39,722 nt of DNA from positions 1 through 39,722 of the forward strand of contig CAYNHY010000002.1 of assembly GCA_964397225.1 (NCBI GenBank), read 5' to 3'. The notes under the pieces were generated by a model. The model saw only the letters and a program-made list of their open reading frames with translations. It did not search any database and was not told the origin of the DNA. Numbering within the stretch: position 1 is the stretch's first letter; each line of letters begins with the position of its first letter. Made by a program: the position numbers and the translations under genes. The stretch is from an uncultured Ruminococcus sp. (GTDB lineage Bacteria > Bacillota > Clostridia > Oscillospirales > CAG-272). This document shows, one piece after another, positions 1 to 7,113 of the stretch.

Positions 1-71
1 GGATTCGAACCATCGAAGTCAGTGACAACAGATTTACAGTCTGCCCCCTTTGGCCGCTCGGGAATTCCCCC
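1..71 (-). tRNA. tRNA-Tyr (anticodon GTA), 3' end cut by window edge
   Basis: The reverse complement reads GGGGGAA-TT-CCCGAGCGGCCAAAGGGG-GCAGA-CTGTAAA-TCTGT, then a long variable arm, then GATGG-TTCGAATCC. The anticodon loop is CT-GTA-AA. The architecture is class II, the same layout as Bacillus tRNA-Tyr. Confidence 0.85.
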
Positions 72-146
72 TGGAGCTGGTGATCGGAGTCGAACCAACA
101 ACCTGCTGATTACAAATCAGCTGCTCTGCCATTGAGCCACACCAGC
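72..146 (-). tRNA. tRNA-Thr (anticodon TGT) with encoded CCA
   Basis: The reverse complement reads GCTGGTG-TG-GCTC-AATGGCA-GAGC-A-GCTGA-TTTGTAA-TCAGC-AGGTT-GTTGG-TTCGACT-CCGAT-CACCAGC-T-CCA. It folds as a cloverleaf with anticodon TGT at loop positions 34-36. Confidence 0.85.
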
Positions 147-179
147 TTATTTTGTTGTGCGCTTTTCAGCGACGCGATT

Positions 180-208
180 ATTATACCACAAAGCGAACCT
201 CTTGTCAA
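180..208 (-). promoter_or_regulatory. sigma-A type promoter for the tRNA genes (TTGACA-17-TATAAT on the minus strand)
   Basis: Plus strand has attata at 180-185 and tgtcaa at 203-208, separated by exactly 17 nt. The site lies about 35 nt upstream of the tRNA-Thr 5' end. Confidence 0.65.
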
Positions 209-257
209 CACCTTTTTTCGCTTTATTTCAAATATTTTTGCCGTGGCGAATTTTCGA

Positions 258-284
258 AGTGAATTTCACAGTGAAATTCACTTT
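258..284. repeat. 27-nt perfect inverted repeat AAGTGAATTTCAC-A-GTGAAATTCACTT
   Basis: Read directly from the sequence. The arms are 13 nt, and each arm is itself a GTGAA-N-TTCAC palindrome. It sits between the sigE stop (353) and the tRNA promoter. Confidence 0.8.
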
Positions 285-352
285 GCTTTTGCCTTCGGAC
301 GGTTTTTGCGATGAAAAAACGCCCGAAGACAGCACGACCGAGGTTTGCGGTA

Positions 353-1063
353 TCAGACCTTGGCGATTATTCGACTTTTGAGTCCCTTTATTATCTTTTT
401 CTCAAGACGCGAAATGTAGGACTGTGAAATGCCGAGCCGCTCCGCGACCTCCTTTTGCGTCAGCTCCCGGTGACCGCCGAGACCGTAGCGAAGCTCGATT
501 ATTTCCCGCTCGCGCTTCGACAGGGCGGCGACAGCCTCTCTCACCGTTCGCTCGTCCTCGCTTTTTTCAAGACTCTCTCCGACGCCGCTTTCCGTGCTGC
601 CGAGCACGTCGGAGAGCAGCAGCTCGTTGCCGTCCCAATCCGTATTCAGCGGCTCGTCTATCGACAGCTCACCGCGGCGGTGAGCATTTTTTCTTATGTA
701 CATAAGTATCTCATTCTCAATGCAGCGTGAGGCGTAGGTGGCGAGCTTTATCTTTTTCTCGGGCTTGTAGGTATTCACTGCCTTGATAAGACCGATGGTG
801 CCTATCGATATCAGGTCCTCGATGCCCGTGCCGACATTGTCAAAGCGCTTCGATATGTACACCACGAGACGGAGATTGTGCCGTATCAGGAGCTCCGCCG
901 CCTCGGGAGAATGACCGAGCTCGGCAAGTGCCCGTGCTTCCTCCTGCGCGTCAAGCGGCGGAGGGAGAGCTTCCGCTCCGTTAATGTACCAAATTGCGTT
1001 CGAGTCGCCGCCTCGGGAGAGCGCGCGGCGCAGCGCCGCAAGCCATTTGCTTTTCAGCTTCAT
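353..1063 (-). CDS. sigE: pro-sigma-E, sporulation sigma factor
   Basis: 236 aa. The N-terminal pro-sequence is followed by [12 protein letters not shown]. The stretch [13 protein letters not shown]...[42 protein letters not shown]...[20 protein letters not shown]...[14 protein letters not shown] is nearly identical in motif content to B. subtilis SigE. It lies directly downstream of spoIIGA. Confidence 0.93.
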   Translation of the reverse strand: MKLKSKWLAALRRALSRGGDSNAIWYINGAEALPPPLDAQEEARALAELGHSPEAAELLIRHNLRLVVYISKRFDNVGTGIEDLISIGTIGLIKAVNTYKPEKKIKLATYASRCIENEILMYIRKNAHRRGELSIDEPLNTDWDGNELLLSDVLGSTESGVGESLEKSEDERTVREAVAALSKREREIIELRYGLGGHRELTQKEVAERLGISQSYISRLEKKIIKGLKSRIIAKV

Positions 1064-1121
1064 TTCAGCCTACCGTCCTTTCAATTATATATGTATGCAC
1101 TGTGCTACATGATATTCCGCG

Positions 1122-1931
1122 TTACGAAAACGTGCTTGGCAGGACCGCGTCGCAGTCGGAGACCGACAGCCCTTCGGACAGTGCAACGAGTGCGCGAAAT
1201 TCCGTCCCGCGAATATAAACTCCGTCGAGCCGCAGCGCGCGCAGCAGCGCTTCTCCCAAGATCCCGCTTGCGGGAATAAGGCGCAGCCTGCCCTCAAGTG
1301 AGCCCGGCGGCTCGCCGTCCGAGGTGAGCGCAGTGTATTCCGACTCGGTGAACAGCTCGCGAACGGCAGACGCCCTGACTATGACGACAGCTTCTCCCGT
1401 GAACGGGTCGGTGAGAAGGTTCCCGGAGTCGCACAGACCGCGAAGCGTTACGCTTTTACCGCCTTGCCGAAGGGTAATGCTTGAAAAGCGCGCTCTCGGC
1501 GTGCGCGACAGTGTGCGCGTGAGAAGCGTCGCAAGCAGCGCGCCCGCGGGCAGGAGAGTCGCCGGATCAATGCCTGCATCCCGTGACGACTGCGGTGAGA
1601 GGCTTCCGAGCTGAAGCAGTGCCGTCATGCAGCCGCCGAGAAGCAGTCCTCCAAGCCACAAAATGACGCATCTTCTGATAAAGGGCGCAGCCCGCGCACG
1701 ACCGAAGGCTATGAGACACATGATAAGTGACAGTGCGGCGCTGACTGCAAGAGAGAATAAGCGCGACGAGCCGAGAGCCACGGCGGCAACCGTTACGGCA
1801 GCTGACAGTGCCGCCGCTGCCGCGAGGCGTGCGGCTCTCATCGGTGAATGTGTGAGCCTTCCCGCAGCCCACAGCGTCAGCACGTCCATGCTGAAATCGA
1901 TAAGAAACAGAATATCCGCATAAAGAATCAT
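1122..1931 (-). CDS. spoIIGA: sigma-E processing aspartic peptidase SpoIIGA
   Basis: The start was re-assigned to MILYADILFLIDF (ATG at 1931) because GGAGG lies 6 nt upstream. The protein has multiple N-terminal TM helices and the C-terminal protease motif LCDSGNLLTDPFTG (the DxGN motif of SpoIIGA). It is adjacent to sigE. Confidence 0.88.
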   Translation of the reverse strand: MILYADILFLIDFSMDVLTLWAAGRLTHSPMRAARLAAAAALSAAVTVAAVALGSSRLFSLAVSAALSLIMCLIAFGRARAAPFIRRCVILWLGGLLLGGCMTALLQLGSLSPQSSRDAGIDPATLLPAGALLATLLTRTLSRTPRARFSSITLRQGGKSVTLRGLCDSGNLLTDPFTGEAVVIVRASAVRELFTESEYTALTSDGEPPGSLEGRLRLIPASGILGEALLRALRLDGVYIRGTEFRALVALSEGLSVSDCDAVLPSTFS

Positions 1932-1963
1932 ACCGCGCCTCCGAGCTCTTCGTTGCAATAATG

Positions 1964-1998
1964 ATTATAGCACCTGTCGGTGCGCGCGCTCTGTCGCA
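1964..1998 (-). promoter_or_regulatory. candidate spoIIG-type promoter: TATAAT with a Spo0A-box-like element 22 nt upstream
   Basis: attata at 1964-1969 (plus strand) gives TATAAT on the minus strand. No -35 element is found at 17 nt. At 22 nt lies TGTCGCA (1992-1998), a 6/7 match to the 0A box TGTCGAA, which reads GCGACA on the minus strand. A further 6/7 box, CGTCGAA, is at 2084-2090. Confidence 0.35.
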
Positions 1999-2122
1999 CT
2001 CGGTCGAGCGTGATATTTTTGTTTCGTTAAAAACAGCCTTGCCATGTCGCGCGAAATATGATACAATAATTGCAGACGCATAGCGTCGAAATAACGGATA
2101 ATATAAGATAGGTGGATCTTCT

Positions 2123-4048
2123 ATGAATATTACACAGCTTTTTAAGTGCTTTGCCGAGGGAAATATCGAGGTCAAGGCATCGCTTTCGCGCAGAAAGAGC
2201 GCGACTATGACGAGCTTCGAATGCACTCGAGACGGTGATGACATCGTGCTTCATGCAACCGGCGACGGCGCGGGCGCGTTCAAGTATTTTGATCTTAGGT
2301 TGCACCGAGAGGGCTCCTGTGCCGTGCTGTCGGTCGACGCCGAGACGCCGACCACGCTTTCCTCATACCTCAGCTTTGCGCCCGAGGACGCGGTCGTCCT
2401 TCGCCTGAGGCTTCCGGAGCCGGAGAGAATACGCGGCTATTTCCACGAATATTTCTGCTGGACTCACACGTACTGCACAGAAGCGATTTCGAAGATACCC
2501 GCAACGACGGACACGTTTTTCATGCGCTACCCGGACGCTCACGCGCATGTCTACTGCCTGTGCGGAGATAATTTCAAGTGCAACGCGGACGGCGACACGC
2601 TGTGCCTATCACCCTGCACGTCGGGAATACGTCATCTGAAGGGCGCGTTTGTGACAGTAGGTGTGGCTGATACGCCGTATGAGGCATGCAGAGAAAACTT
2701 CGCCTTTGCGCGGCGCACGGGCGCGCTCAGAGTGCCGCTCGTTTCCGAGAGAAAAATGCCCGAATTTCTTGAGGGGCTCGGCTGGTGTACCTGGGACGCC
2801 TTCGAGCACGACGTGACCGAGGAGAAGATCTGTGAAAAGCTCACAGAGCTTCGCGACAAGGGCGTTCCGCTTCGCTGGGTGCTCATCGATGACGGCTGGT
2901 CGACGCTTGCCGAGGAGGATGAGTACATCACCTCGTTTTATTCGGACAAAAAGAAATTCCCGCTTGGTCTCGGGCACTGCATTGAGCGTATAAAGAACGA
3001 GTTCGGCATAAAATACGTCGGCGTATGGCATGCCTTTGGCGCATATTGGAAGGGCGTCAAGGAGGGAAGCGAGCTTTACCTTGAGCAGAAGGAAAATCTC
3101 GTTCGCACTCCGACGGACTTCATCGTTCCCTCGTTCGACCCCGAGCGCGCCTTCGCATTCTGGGACGCCTGGTACGCATATCTCAAGAAATGCGGCGTAG
3201 ATTTTGTCAAGGTCGACAACCAGACGGGTCACTCGCTCATCGCAGAGGGCTCGATGGCTACGGCTGAGGCACTTCGCCGTGCGCACGCCGCACTTGAGAG
3301 AGCAGCGGAAAAGTATTTCGGCTCGGCTGTCATAAACTGCATGGGCATGGGTACAGAGACCGTTCAGTCGCGCACGCATTCGATAATTTCGAGAACGAGC
3401 GAGGACTATTGCAGAGATGACGAGGGCTATCTCGACCAGCTTACGATGCAGGATATATACATTCCCGCATGGCACGGCGAGCTTTACCGCTCGGACTTCG
3501 ATATGTGGTGGACAGACCTTGCAAGCTCGCCTCGCGTCGGCGCCCTCCATGCACTGAACGGCGCTCCGAACTACATCAGCGACCGTGTGGGTCACACCGA
3601 TCCCGCACCGATTCTTCCGTCAATCGAAAAGGACGGCACGGTAAGGATGCCCGATTTTGCCGTTCGTCCGACCTTTGACTGTCTCTATGACTGCACTCCG
3701 TGCCTTAAGGCATGGAACCGCTGGGGCGACGCGTTCGGCGTGTTCGCGGTCAACTGCTCAAGCATCGAAATGTCCGACGAGCTGACGCTTTGCAGCATCG
3801 AGGGCGCGACCTCCGAGAGAGGCTATGTCGCTTATATGTACTTTGAAAAGCGCTTTGAGAGGATAACGGATGCGCATGCGCTCCCGTTCACGCTCGGCGC
3901 GGAGGCTGCGGAGAGCATTTCGCTTTATCCCGTTTGCGAGGATGAGAACGGCGAATACATTATGCTCGGAAGCACCGAAAGATACTTCGGCGCAGGTGCC
4001 GCGAAGCTTGAAAAAACCTATATTTCGACACTTCCGCTCAAGGCTTAA
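2123..4048 (+). CDS. glycoside hydrolase family 36 / raffinose-synthase (Sip1)-like protein
   Basis: 641 aa. RBS AGGTGGA lies 6 nt upstream. The motifs LGWCTWDAF, WVLIDDGW and DFVKVDNQ are typical of the raffinose synthase/Sip1 branch of GH36. Confidence 0.75.
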   Translation: MNITQLFKCFAEGNIEVKASLSRRKSATMTSFECTRDGDDIVLHATGDGAGAFKYFDLRLHREGSCAVLSVDAETPTTLSSYLSFAPEDAVVLRLRLPEPERIRGYFHEYFCWTHTYCTEAISKIPATTDTFFMRYPDAHAHVYCLCGDNFKCNADGDTLCLSPCTSGIRHLKGAFVTVGVADTPYEACRENFAFARRTGALRVPLVSERKMPEFLEGLGWCTWDAFEHDVTEEKICEKLTELRDKGVPLRWVLIDDGWSTLAEEDEYITSFYSDKKKFPLGLGHCIERIKNEFGIKYVGVWHAFGAYWKGVKEGSELYLEQKENLVRTPTDFIVPSFDPERAFAFWDAWYAYLKKCGVDFVKVDNQTGHSLIAEGSMATAEALRRAHAALERAAEKYFGSAVINCMGMGTETVQSRTHSIISRTSEDYCRDDEGYLDQLTMQDIYIPAWHGELYRSDFDMWWTDLASSPRVGALHALNGAPNYISDRVGHTDPAPILPSIEKDGTVRMPDFAVRPTFDCLYDCTPCLKAWNRWGDAFGVFAVNCSSIEMSDELTLCSIEGATSERGYVAYMYFEKRFERITDAHALPFTLGAEAAESISLYPVCEDENGEYIMLGSTERYFGAGAAKLEKTYISTLPLKA

Positions 4049-4068
4049 GAGCGGTGGCTGCAAAACAA

Positions 4069-4103
4069 CATGCCCCCAAGGTTTTTCAACCCTTGGGGGC
4101 ATG
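4069..4103. terminator. 13-bp GC-rich hairpin between convergent genes
   Basis: The arms are CATGCCCCCAAGG and CCTTGGGGGCATG, with loop TTTTTCAAC. On the minus strand the hairpin is followed by TTGTTTTG, so it most plausibly terminates the lipoprotein gene. It may also stop the GH36 transcript. Confidence 0.7.
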
Positions 4104-4135
4104 TGAATTATCCGAGATGCCTATGAGGTTGCCAC

Positions 4136-5713
4136 TCAGGCGATGAAGTCGTCGAAGTCGTAGTCACTGATATCAAAATCGCCGAGGTCAAAATCGTAAT
4201 AACCGAAGTAGTCGTCATAATCGTAGTCATCATAGTCATAATCGTAGTCATAGTCGTAATCGTAATCGTAATCGTCGTCGTAATCGTCGTCGCGACCGGA
4301 CTGAGAATTGTCGAAGAGCTCCGATATTTCGGTGAAGAAACCGAGCAGCTGCTCCTTCTTTACCAAATATGCCGCAAAATCCTCGGCAAGCTCGTCGAGC
4401 CTGTCGTCTGCGTTGTCGACGGTTATTGCATCACTGTTGCTGTAGTCGGCGCTCTCAAGGTCGTCGAGCTTTTCAAGAGCTGCCGTGCTTTCAAGCTTGA
4501 AGAAAGTGCCCATGAAGCTTATGTCTAGCGTGCTTTCGAGCTCGATGTGCTCCTCGTCATAGCTTCCCTCAAGGGTCATGGGTATCTTCAGCGCGACACC
4601 CTCTACGGAGAACTCAAGCTTTGCGTCAATGTCAAAGTCCTTTTTGCTGAAGGTGCCGTCGATGTCGGCTGTCAGCTCGAAGCTGTTAAGCGAGGAGGAA
4701 GGTTCTTCGTCTGCAAAGGTGGGCTTGAGACTGATCTCGCCTGTGAGCTCCTTGCCGTCGAGCTCGAAGGAGCACTCGGAGTCAAGGGACATAAGCTCGC
4801 TGCCGTCTGCGGAAAGACTGAGCTCTGCGACGCGCTCGAATTTCTTTTTGCTGTTCTCGAGCTCAACGCGACCGTCAAGCTCAAAGCCGTCTCCGTCAAT
4901 ATCGCCGTCGAGAGAAAGTGTGCAAAGTCGGAGCGACGTTCCGTCAAAGAAGAAGTCAAGCTGCGCGTCAAGCGAAAGCTCTGCCTCGTCAAAGAGCTCG
5001 TCGAGCGTGCGACCGTCAAGAAGCCCATCGTCAGTGTCCTCGGGAAGAGCGTCCAAAACATTGGAGAGCACGTCCTTGAGAGCTTCTTCGTCGAGAGTGA
5101 GCGTCAGACGCTCAAGCGACATTTCCTCGCCGAACACCTCCTCGCTCTCGTCGGCGCTTCTTTCGAGATTGCCGTCGAGAAGTATGTCGTCGAGCTTTCC
5201 AAAGACCTCGGCAAGGGATGCAATCGTGCCGGGTACGTTGTTGATGCCTTCAAGCTCGGAGATGTCGAACTCCTCAAGAAGCTCCTTGAAGCTTGCTGTG
5301 ATGTAAAGGTCGCTTGCGTCGGGCAGCGAGAGGAAGAAGCGCTCGCCGTCCTTGAGCTCAAGCTTTGCGCCGAGGCGCTCGCCATCGAGCTCCATGGCTG
5401 CTTCGAGCGCGAAGCTCTTATCTCCGTAGCGGAAGAAGTCGAGACCGACGCTCGGGAGAGTCGGAAGGTCAATGCCGATGAGCTCCTCAAAATCGGCGTC
5501 GAGCTTGTCGACGGATACGTAAGCGTGGTTTGCCGTTGTGAAAAGCTCGCTTTCGGTCAGATTTTCAAACATTTTGGGTGTGAAGAGCTGACTGAGAGCT
5601 TCGCTGAAAAGCTCGGTGTCCGTCATGCTCTTTATGCTGTCCTCACAGCCACTCAAAACGAGCGTCGAGCAGACAAGCACGAGTGCGAGAAAAACAGATA
5701 AAATTTTTTTCAT
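4136..5713 (-). CDS. highly acidic lipoprotein of unknown function with a C-terminal (Asp-Tyr)n tail
   Basis: 525 aa. The signal peptide carries a lipobox (MKKILSVFLALVLVCSTLVLSG-C). The mature part is extremely rich in D, E and L. The tail is DDDYDDDYDYDYDYDYDYDYDDYDYDDY...DYDFDDFIA. I do not recognise a family. Confidence 0.7.
   Translation of the reverse strand: MKKILSVFLALVLVCSTLVLSGCEDSIKSMTDTELFSEALSQLFTPKMFENLTESELFTTANHAYVSVDKLDADFEELIGIDLPTLPSVGLDFFRYGDKSFALEAAMELDGERLGAKLELKDGERFFLSLPDASDLYITASFKELLEEFDISELEGINNVPGTIASLAEVFGKLDDILLDGNLERSADESEEVFGEEMSLERLTLTLDEEALKDVLSNVLDALPEDTDDGLLDGRTLDELFDEAELSLDAQLDFFFDGTSLRLCTLSLDGDIDGDGFELDGRVELENSKKKFERVAELSLSADGSELMSLDSECSFELDGKELTGEISLKPTFADEEPSSSLNSFELTADIDGTFSKKDFDIDAKLEFSVEGVALKIPMTLEGSYDEEHIELESTLDISFMGTFFKLESTAALEKLDDLESADYSNSDAITVDNADDRLDELAEDFAAYLVKKEQLLGFFTEISELFDNSQSGRDDDYDDDYDYDYDYDYDYDYDDYDYDDYFGYYDFDLGDFDISDYDFDDFIA
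4208..4291. repeat. imperfect hexanucleotide tandem repeat (GTAATC/GTAGTC/ATAGTC units) encoding the DY tract
   Basis: Read directly from the sequence. About 14 six-nt units encode 28 residues of D/Y only. Confidence 0.85.
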
Positions 5714-5768
5714 TGCGGTGGAGTCCTTTCATTAAATATATAGGCTAATGCGGTAAGCCGCGTGGCTT

Positions 5769-6914
5769 TCAGGCTTCGATACAGCTGTAGATAACGTTCT
5801 TTAAGCGGTTTACGGTGTACATCTCCTGATTGTTCAGCATATGCATGCAGTAGAACGCCGCAAGGCGGTTGTCGGGGTCTATCATGACCCACGCGCCTGC
5901 CGCTCCCGCCCAGCCGAACTCACCGACAGGACCGAGGCTTCCGCCGACGGAGCGGTTGACCATTGTGCGAACGCCGAGTCCGTAGCCGTAGCCGCGGTAC
6001 TGACCGACGGTAATGTCGCGCATCTCGTCCTCATTCAGTGCATTTTCACGCATGAGCTCTATCGTGCTTGCGGCGAGTATCCTCTTTCCGTTTACGCCGA
6101 CGCCGCCGTTTGCCATAGCGTATGCAAATTTTATGTAGTCGTCGACCGTGGAGACAAGCCCCGCGCCGCCGCTGTCATAGTCTTCGCCGAACACATAGGA
6201 GTTCGAATTGTTTGAGGGGATGGCGACGTTCTTGTCGTCGTCGAAGCTGTACTGACGCGCCATTCTTGCAAGAAGCCTCTCACTCGGCACGCCGAAGCAG
6301 GAGTCGTTCATCTCAAGCGGCTCGAAGATGACACGGCGAACATAGTCACGGAAGCGCTCGCCCGAGACCTCCTCGACGAGTCCCGCGAGAATATCGTGGC
6401 TGATACCGTATATCCAGTGCGTGGACGGCTCGGCGACAAGCGGTATCTTGGAAAATGCGCGTACCATCTCGCGAGTCGGGCACCTTCCGCCCGTTGCCTG
6501 TTTGACCTCGGCTACCGCCTCACAGTCGGTGGTGTAGTCATATCCGGAGGTCATGGAGAAAAGATCGCGCACGGTGATCTCTCGCTGCGGTGCGACAAGC
6601 TCCGTTGTGCCGTCGGCATTTTTGCGCCTAACCTTAACGTTCTTGTACTCGGGCAGGTAATTGCTCACGGGATCGGTGATGAGAATATCGCCGCTCTCGA
6701 CGAGCGTCAGAGCTGCCGCGCAGGTTATAGGCTTTGAGCACGACCACATATTGTACGTCTCGCTTCCGTTCATTCGACGTCCCGCTTCAATGTCGGCGTA
6801 GCCCGACAGGTGGCGGTAGATGACCTGCCCGTCCTTCATTATAACGCAGTCGTTGCCGGGTATGCGCCATGCGGTGAGCCGGTCGAGAAATGCGTCCAGT
6901 CTTGAAAAATCCAT
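5769..6914 (-). CDS. serine hydrolase, beta-lactamase/esterase (class C-like) family
   Basis: The start was re-assigned to MDFSRLDAFL (ATG at 6914), with GAGG upstream. It has the SxxK motif SCSK, and the GLVSTVDDY and EFGWAGAAG segments are typical of the PF00144-type fold. The track ORF running to 7214 is over-extended into the intergenic region. Confidence 0.8.
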   Translation of the reverse strand: MDFSRLDAFLDRLTAWRIPGNDCVIMKDGQVIYRHLSGYADIEAGRRMNGSETYNMWSCSKPITCAAALTLVESGDILITDPVSNYLPEYKNVKVRRKNADGTTELVAPQREITVRDLFSMTSGYDYTTDCEAVAEVKQATGGRCPTREMVRAFSKIPLVAEPSTHWIYGISHDILAGLVEEVSGERFRDYVRRVIFEPLEMNDSCFGVPSERLLARMARQYSFDDDKNVAIPSNNSNSYVFGEDYDSGGAGLVSTVDDYIKFAYAMANGGVGVNGKRILAASTIELMRENALNEDEMRDITVGQYRGYGYGLGVRTMVNRSVGGSLGPVGEFGWAGAAGAWVMIDPDNRLAAFYCMHMLNNQEMYTVNRLKNVIYSCIEA

Positions 6915-6947
6915 TGTGTGACCTCGCTTTTTGTTTCTTATAGGTAT

Positions 6948-6976
6948 ACTATACCTCAAAGAGAGCCGCTTGTCAA
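6948..6976 (-). promoter_or_regulatory. candidate sigma-A promoter (TTGACA-17-TATAGT, minus strand) for the serine hydrolase gene
   Basis: tgtcaa at 6971-6976 and actata at 6948-6953 on the plus strand, with a 17-nt spacer. The palindrome AGGTATA-C-TATACCT (6942-6956) overlaps the -10. Confidence 0.5.
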
Positions 6977-7038
6977 TAGCATTTTGTATTTGCAAGCCCA
7001 AAAAGCAGTCGTGCTCGCTGCAAAATGACCAATTTCCG

Positions 7039-7067
7039 TTGACATAAAGCGAAAAATGTGATAACAT
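7039..7067 (+). promoter_or_regulatory. candidate sigma-A promoter (TTGACA-17-TAACAT) for the first SLH gene
   Basis: TTGACA at 7039-7044 and TAACAT at 7062-7067, about 47 nt upstream of the ATG. Confidence 0.45.
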
Positions 7068-7113
7068 ATATACGCAGATATATTTCGCACAACGACAGAA
7101 AGGAAAAGCGAAA

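Noticed and set aside
132-381. Small plus-strand ORFs (60 and 74 aa) between the tRNAs and sigE
   Set aside because: They overlap the tRNA promoter and the inverted repeat. They have no RBS and their composition is implausible.
2609-3595. 328-aa minus-strand ORF inside the GH36 gene
   Set aside because: It is an antisense shadow. The plus frame carries recognisable raffinose-synthase motifs.
4208-4291. Hexamer tandem repeat as a CRISPR-like or satellite element
   Set aside because: It lies in-frame inside a CDS and encodes the DY tract. It has no spacers or flanking cas genes.
4547-5701. 384-aa and 242-aa plus-strand ORFs opposite the acidic lipoprotein gene
   Set aside because: They are mirror images of GAx/CTC-rich codons. 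The minus frame has a lipobox signal peptide and an RBS.
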